A DNA stretch of 64,000 nucleotides from Candidatus Bathyarchaeota archaeon (GTDB taxonomy: Archaea; Thermoproteota; Bathyarchaeia; Bathyarchaeales; Bathycorpusculaceae): assembly GCA_963733095.1 (NCBI GenBank), contig CAVTBV010000012.1, positions 224,001 through 288,000 of the forward strand, written 5' to 3'. Shown piece by piece: positions 58,708 through 64,000 of the stretch. The translations under genes were made by a program, and so were the position numbers. Each line of letters begins with the position of its first letter. Position 1 is the first letter of the stretch. The notes beneath the pieces are model-generated. The model searched no databases, was not told the DNA's origin, and saw only the letters and a program-made list of their open reading frames with translations.

Positions 58708-58858
58708 AACTGATACCTAAAGTATGTTAGGCTTTTTCGTTATTAAGGATTTTATTAGGGGTTATTGGAAAGGAATAAATCAGCTCAGTGATTTGTAATA
58801 TTTGGCGAAGTCACTTTGCCGGCAGGAACTTAGTTTTTGGGATTTTGAGGAATTGTAG

Positions 58859-60235
58859 ATGAAAGTAAAAATTGTCAAGTCTGAGGGTTTGGCCCACAAC
58901 AGTTACTTTTTAGTTGACCGGGATGAAGCGGTTGTTATTGACCCACGTCGTGATTGTGAAATTTACACGCAGCTTGCCAAAGAAGAATGCGCAAAAATAA
59001 GGTATATCCTTGAAACCCACAGAAATGAGGATTATGTGGTGGGTTCGTTTGAGCTGCAGAATATGACGGAAGCAGAAATCGGACACAGCCACAAATTGCC
59101 GTTCAAGTATGGAGAACACAACTTGGCGGACGGCGACAGCTTAAACGTGGGCAACCTCACAATCAAAGCTCTATTCACGCCGGGGCACACAAACGAATCC
59201 CTAAGCTACCCTATTTATGTACCCGGAAACAGTGAAGCTCTGATGGTTTTTATTGGTGACACTCTCTTTGCTGGCTCTGTGGGACGAACCGACCTCTACG
59301 GCAAAACAGTCCAGCCCGCACAAGCCGAAAAACTATACAGCAGCCTACACGAAAAACTACTCCCACTCGGCGATCACGTTCTCGTTTACCCCTCGCATGG
59401 AGCGGGTAGCGTTTGCGGTCATGGTATAGGTGGGATGGAGCCAACCACGTTGGGTTATGAGAAGAAAACCAATCCCTACCTGCAGCTGAGCGAGGAAAAT
59501 TTCATCAAAAAAGTGTCCGCCGAAGAGTTGGTTGTGCCTCGCTACTTCAAGAAGATGGAAGAATTCAACTTGAACGGTCCACCGCTACTAAGCGAGCTAT
59601 CTTACCCCAAACCGCTCTCGCTGCTTGAGTTTGAGGAAGAAATGCATGAACAAAACATTGTATGTATGGACACACGTTTGCCCTACGCTTTTGCAGGGTC
59701 CCACATTCCTGATTCACTTAGTATGTGGCTTGGCGGAACCAGCGTCTACCCCGGGTGGCTCCTTGACACCAACCAATACATCATCTTTATCCATGAACGC
59801 CCGAGCGACATAGATATTGTAGCTCCGAGGTTAAGGCGACTAGGGTTTGATAACATGTGTGGGTACCTTTGCGGTGGTATGAACGAGTGGCAGGAAGCAG
59901 GTAAACCCATCAGCAGTTTCGGCACAATGTCGGCGACGGAGCTCAAGGAGAAGTTGGGCAAAAACGAGGTTTTGCTTTTGGACGTGAGGGACCCGCCAGA
60001 ATGGACAGAAGACGGTTACACTAAAGAAGCGACCAGAATCTTTTTTGCTGATTTACCAGAAAAGACAGATTCTCTGCCAAAAAACAAACCGATTGCAGTG
60101 ACTTGCTCTGTGGGCAACCGCTCCAGCATCGGCGCAAGCATACTTGAGAGAAAAGGCTTCCAGAACATTAGTAATGTCCTTGGCGGAATGACTGCTTGGA
60201 ATAACCTTGGCTATCCACTAAAGAATGAACTTTAG
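58859..60235 (+). CDS. MBL-fold hydrolase fused to two rhodanese domains
   Basis: ETHRNEDY, TPGHT, GDTLF, YPSHGAGSVCG, CSVGNRS. Confidence 0.9.
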   Translation: MKVKIVKSEGLAHNSYFLVDRDEAVVIDPRRDCEIYTQLAKEECAKIRYILETHRNEDYVVGSFELQNMTEAEIGHSHKLPFKYGEHNLADGDSLNVGNLTIKALFTPGHTNESLSYPIYVPGNSEALMVFIGDTLFAGSVGRTDLYGKTVQPAQAEKLYSSLHEKLLPLGDHVLVYPSHGAGSVCGHGIGGMEPTTLGYEKKTNPYLQLSEENFIKKVSAEELVVPRYFKKMEEFNLNGPPLLSELSYPKPLSLLEFEEEMHEQNIVCMDTRLPYAFAGSHIPDSLSMWLGGTSVYPGWLLDTNQYIIFIHERPSDIDIVAPRLRRLGFDNMCGYLCGGMNEWQEAGKPISSFGTMSATELKEKLGKNEVLLLDVRDPPEWTEDGYTKEATRIFFADLPEKTDSLPKNKPIAVTCSVGNRSSIGASILERKGFQNISNVLGGMTAWNNLGYPLKNEL

Positions 60236-60945
60236 CTTTCTTCTTTGGTTTTTAGGGTTTTAGCAATTCTTTTAGAGGCTTCTTTGGGTTCCAAGAGTTC
60301 CTTCAAAAGGTTGTATTGGCGTTGGTAGATGTGGCAGTTTTTTGAATGGAAAATTAACTTTCCGGTTTTCAGTGATAGGTTGCCGCGTTCGTTTATTTCG
60401 TTTACGAAAGCTTCATTGAAAATTTGGAGCCCTGCAATGTTGGCTGGCAAACCGCCGTAGGCGTCCCAGCTGCGGAAGTAGCATGTTAGGTGCATATGGT
60501 TGTCGAGAATTTCCGTGTCGATTAGGCTTAAGCAGGGCGGTTCGCTTTTTTTGTGGTTTTCATCGAATTTTTTTATGTCACTTGGAAGCCTGATAACCAT
60601 TGTAACTTGTCGGTCTCTTTGTTCTTCGACGTATCTTTTTATGGCTTCCTCAACCTGGTTAACAGGGTGATTTAGCCTGCTGCCGTAGGTATAGGTTTCA
60701 TCCTCTTGCTTTTCCCCGCACCACAAATATTCCAACGCGTAACCCTGAACATACTTAAAATCGCATGGTGCTTTATCGCTTACAAGCGGTCGATTCGCAG
60801 GGTTTGTTATTTCGATTGTAAGATTCAGCTTTCTGGTTTCAGTCTCTTCTGAGCCAAAACCCACACGAAAAACATCGCCGTCTTTCCATATGCTGCTTAA
60901 TGTTTTGAACCATGCGTCAGGGCAATCGAAGGCTGAAATCTTCAC
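60232..60945 (-). CDS. thyA: Archaeal-type thymidylate synthase
   Basis: YTYGSRL, PPCL (catalytic Cys), FRSWD..GGLPANI, HIY. Confidence 0.8.
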   Translation of the reverse strand: MKISAFDCPDAWFKTLSSIWKDGDVFRVGFGSEETETRKLNLTIEITNPANRPLVSDKAPCDFKYVQGYALEYLWCGEKQEDETYTYGSRLNHPVNQVEEAIKRYVEEQRDRQVTMVIRLPSDIKKFDENHKKSEPPCLSLIDTEILDNHMHLTCYFRSWDAYGGLPANIAGLQIFNEAFVNEINERGNLSLKTGKLIFHSKNCHIYQRQYNLLKELLEPKEASKRIAKTLKTKEES

Positions 60946-61493
60946 GTGTTTTATTCAAATCTTCCCCGAATAATGTTACGTGTGTTCATAGTTTAATTGT
61001 TTTTGTATAAGCCCTCAATAGACTGCTTTGCGCTGTCTGGCTACTGCTACTAAATAGAATAATGTGGCAAGTTTAATCAACCAGGCTGACCTCAAAGGAT
61101 AGCGAAGAAAGGAGGGGCTACTTAAAGCAAGTAACCCTCCACAAGAAGGAAGAAATCTTGAGCGACATTATACCTAGAATAATTATTTGTGCACAAACTA
61201 AAGTTCAGAACGAACTAAAAGAGAGGGAGTCATTTGACGAAACCTCTGCGGCTGATGCTGAAGAAGCAAGATAAACTTTAAGGTAATATTGGATTTAATG
61301 GAGAGGAACCGTTTAATCAGCAGAACCCTGTGAAGACAAAGTCTTCATAACGCGGAAAGGTCGAGAAAAATCAGTTGAGAACCCAAAATCCTAAATGTCA
61401 AAGACGCTGCTTGGAAAAATTTAATAAAACTGTTACAGAAATTTGACCAGAACTTGTTTTAAAATTAAATAAAGAAAAGAAAGGTTGGGATGC

Positions 61494-63167
61494 TTAGTAG
61501 GGCATTCCGCCCATACCGCCCATTCCACCCATGCCTCCCATACCGCCCATTCCTCCTGGGGGCATTGGGGGCATCTTGCTGCCGCCTTTGATGCTGATTA
61601 AGTCGTCGATTTTCAGTATCATGTTGGTTGCTTCGGTTGCAGATTTTATGACTTGCTGTTTAACGCGGAGTGGTTCAATAACCATTTTGTCGCACATGTT
61701 TACAATTTTTCCTGTGGTTACGTCGATGCCGAAGGTTTCGCTCTTTGGCTTCTCATGTTGAGCGCGTAGAGCGACCATTATGTCTATTGGGTCTAAGCCT
61801 GCGTTCTCGGCGAGTGTTAGCGGAATTTCTTCGATTGCGTCTGCGAATGCTTCGACCGCGAGTTGTTCACGTCCGCCGACTTTCACTGCGAAAGCTCGTA
61901 GGTTTTTTGAGAGTTCTGCTTCGGGTGCGCCGCCGCCTGCAACGATTTTTCCATCTTCAATAGCGTTGCGTACTACGCAGAGCCCGTCGTGTAGGCTACG
62001 TTCTGCTTCGTCGATGACGTGGTTGGATGCTCCTCTGATAACGATGGTTACTGCTTTGGGGTTTTTGCAGTCGCGGATGTAGATTAGTTTGTCATCGCCG
62101 ATTTTGACTTCTTCCACGCGTTTAGCCTTGCCAAGAGAGTCAGGGGTCAAGTCTTTTACGCTTGCACCGATGCTGCCGCCTGTGGCACGGGAGAGTTTTT
62201 CCATGTCGCTACTGCTGACGCTCTTAACTGCTAAAACACCTGCTTTACCCAAAAAGTGTAGTACCATGTCGTCGATGCCTTTCTCGCAGAAAATAACGTT
62301 TGCGCCTGACTTAGTAATGGAGGTAACCATGTCTTTTAGCATACGTTCTTCTTCGTCGAGGAACATCTTCATCTGGTCGGGGCTTTCAATGTTGATTTTT
62401 GCGTCAAACTCTGTCTTTTCAATTTCAAGTTTAGCGTTTAACAGGGCGATTTTTGCTCCATCGACAAGTTTGGGCATGCCTGAACTTGCAACTTCCTTGT
62501 CTAAGACCATTCCTTTAACGAGTTCTGTTTCATCTAGACTCTGACCGTGCTTCTTAACGACCTTGATTAGGTCGATGTCCGCAACATATTTTTTGTCAAC
62601 TTTTTCAGAGACCTGTTTTACAGCGTCTACGATTATTTTTGCAAAGTGGTCTTCTGCTACGTTGATGCTTTTGCTTGAGATGGATGTTATTGCTACTTCC
62701 CGAAGTGTTTTTTCGTCTTCAAACGAGATGGGAATTGCGATTTTATCTAAAATTTCCTGCGCTTTCTCAGAGGCTTTCTTGTAACCCTCGATTATGACTG
62801 TTGGGTGTACGTTTTTGTCAAGTAAGCTTTCTGCTTTTGCAAGTAGTTCTCCGGCTAAGATTACTGCGGTTGTAGTGCCGTCGCCTACTTCGTTGTCTTG
62901 GGCTTTTGCTACTTCAACGAGCATCTTTGCCGCTGGATGCTGAACATCAAGCTCTTTCATGATGGTTGCGCCGTCGTTAGTTATGGCGACATCACCCATG
63001 CTGCTGACGAGCATTTTATCCATGCCGCATGGACCAAGCGTTGACTTTACAGCTTCAGCCACCATCTTTGCAGCCATGATGTTGTTTTTTTGTGCTTCGC
63101 GGCCACTTGAGCGGCCTGTACCTTCTTTTAATACTAGAACTGGAATATTTCCTCCACCTTGAGACAT
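61494..63167 (-). CDS. Thermosome (group II chaperonin) subunit
   Basis: STLGP.GMDKM, TNDGATI, GDGTTT, GGGAPE; GGM-repeat tail. Confidence 0.97.
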   Translation of the reverse strand: MSQGGGNIPVLVLKEGTGRSSGREAQKNNIMAAKMVAEAVKSTLGPCGMDKMLVSSMGDVAITNDGATIMKELDVQHPAAKMLVEVAKAQDNEVGDGTTTAVILAGELLAKAESLLDKNVHPTVIIEGYKKASEKAQEILDKIAIPISFEDEKTLREVAITSISSKSINVAEDHFAKIIVDAVKQVSEKVDKKYVADIDLIKVVKKHGQSLDETELVKGMVLDKEVASSGMPKLVDGAKIALLNAKLEIEKTEFDAKINIESPDQMKMFLDEEERMLKDMVTSITKSGANVIFCEKGIDDMVLHFLGKAGVLAVKSVSSSDMEKLSRATGGSIGASVKDLTPDSLGKAKRVEEVKIGDDKLIYIRDCKNPKAVTIVIRGASNHVIDEAERSLHDGLCVVRNAIEDGKIVAGGGAPEAELSKNLRAFAVKVGGREQLAVEAFADAIEEIPLTLAENAGLDPIDIMVALRAQHEKPKSETFGIDVTTGKIVNMCDKMVIEPLRVKQQVIKSATEATNMILKIDDLISIKGGSKMPPMPPGGMGGMGGMGGMGGMGGMPY

Positions 63168-63302
63168 ATTTTTTCACCAAATATTTCCTGTTTGAATTAT
63201 TAGAGATTCTAAACGGAACAATCAGACATTTAGATATAAATTTTTCTCAGAGCTCAAGCCATAAATCGACCAAACAGCAACATCAGAACCACAAAAACAG
63301 GG

Positions 63303-63461
63303 TTAGCTTTCTGTTTCACCCTTTTCGCGCCTCATTCTATTGGTTGTTGCAGCGGCGATGCGTTCAGCATCTTCTTCAGATGCGCCCCGCGCAAGCTCAG
63401 ATTCCTTGATATATTCATACTGCCGTTTTCTCGCATCACTTTCAACGCCTCTCGGAGGCAA
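63303..63461 (-). CDS. Small conserved protein (52 aa) of the RQYEHIKES / AERIAAATVN type
   Basis: SD-like AGGTGGTGA; MPPRGVESDARKRQYEYIKESELARGASEEDAERIAAATTNRMRREKGE. Confidence 0.6.
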   Translation of the reverse strand: MPPRGVESDARKRQYEYIKESELARGASEEDAERIAAATTNRMRREKGETES

Positions 63462-63509
63462 ACAATCACCACCTAAAAGTATATTTTTTAAAAAAAATCT
63501 GAGATTTCA

Positions 63510-63668
63510 CCTGCCATTTGTCGGCAGATTCAGCACACCATCTGCACACTCGAGCACATTCCTTCATGAATTCTTCTTCGAACCTTTCGCAAGTGTCAGA
63601 AAACATTCATCACAAATGTCAGCGGTTATTTCGCATGTCTGCGGATAGTAGGGTGAGTTTCTTAGCAT
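63510..63668 (-). pseudogene. Remnant of four-helix-bundle Cu-binding (DUF326/Csp-like) protein
   Basis: CEITADICDEC then shifted frame CERFEEEFMKECARVCRWCAES. Confidence 0.4.
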
Positions 63669-63681
63669 AAAATCCGCGTTT

Positions 63682-63864
63682 GTGTTGCATATTTTGGCGC
63701 CCAAAGAAGATTATGAGCGCTTCGGCAAAGTCCCCAACGAAGTTTTTAGCTGTGGCAACGTGGGTTTTGGCGACCGACGCTTCGTGTATTATGGCGGACC
63801 GGACAACGATTCCTGTGCTGCCACGATAAGCATGGATAATGCTCTCTCGCTAATACAACGATAA
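63682..63864 (+). pseudogene. C-terminal fragment of GH130-like glycosidase/phosphorylase
   Basis: ILAPKEDYERFGKVPNEVFSCG...VYYGGPD; only ~60 codons. Confidence 0.5.
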
Positions 63865-63865
63865 A

Positions 63866-64000
63866 CTATTCTGCCTTGACTATGTGGTAGCCTGAAGCTT
63901 TGCGCAACCTGTTCATTACAGCCAAACCAAGCCCCTCAGAAGAGACGCCCTCCGCGATTATAACATCAACGTTTTCAGCATCAACTTCCCGCAGGAGGCG
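63866..64000 (-). CDS. sua5: Threonylcarbamoyl-AMP synthase Sua5, C-terminal end (partial)
   Basis: LREVD..NVDVIIAEG...GLGLAVMNRLRKAS. Confidence 0.8.
   Translation of the reverse strand, partial: RLLREVDAENVDVIIAEGVSSEGLGLAVMNRLRKASGYHIVKAE

Noticed and set aside
60232-60945. Thymidylate synthase as a viral base-modification enzyme
   Set aside because: Housekeeping context with host-like composition and no partner modification genes
61500-61575. GC-rich tandem repeat
   Set aside because: Normal GGM-repeat tail of the chaperonin

Overview
Archaeal chromosomal window. The gene set (exosome/proteasome superoperon, PolB1, RadB, CarS, AglB, DUF2096, many PEF-CTERM-type surface proteins) suggests Bathyarchaeia/TACK, which is an inference. 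Housekeeping blocks lie at 2.3-6.7 kb, 26.2-43.2 kb and 53.7-64 kb. An unlisted gene at <1-2005 (-) resembles the Acinetobacter-type bifunctional mannitol-1-P dehydrogenase/phosphatase MtlD. There are two AT-rich islands. Island 1 is nested. The outer part is a ~14.4-kb tyrosine-recombinase element (11104-25546) inserted in the GTTCCAGA (Val-Pro-Glu) codons of a PEF-CTERM-like sorting signal. The displaced native tail remains at 25539-25634 and the element end supplies a substitute hydrophobic tail. Inside it is a 5.8-kb casposon-like element (16142-21929): a solo Cas1 between long, microsatellite-built terminal inverted repeats. It has no PolB, cas2 or CRISPR array, but carries a possible AEP-like primase module, a HEPN protein and a captured surface-protein gene. 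Island 2 (~43.3-53.7 kb) has an atypical integrase, many small Zn-finger genes (two with RanBP2-type fingers) and a HEPN gene bracketed by a ~150-bp repeated module. No tRNA, rRNA or CRISPR array was seen. All protein calls are by eye from motifs; no database searches were run.
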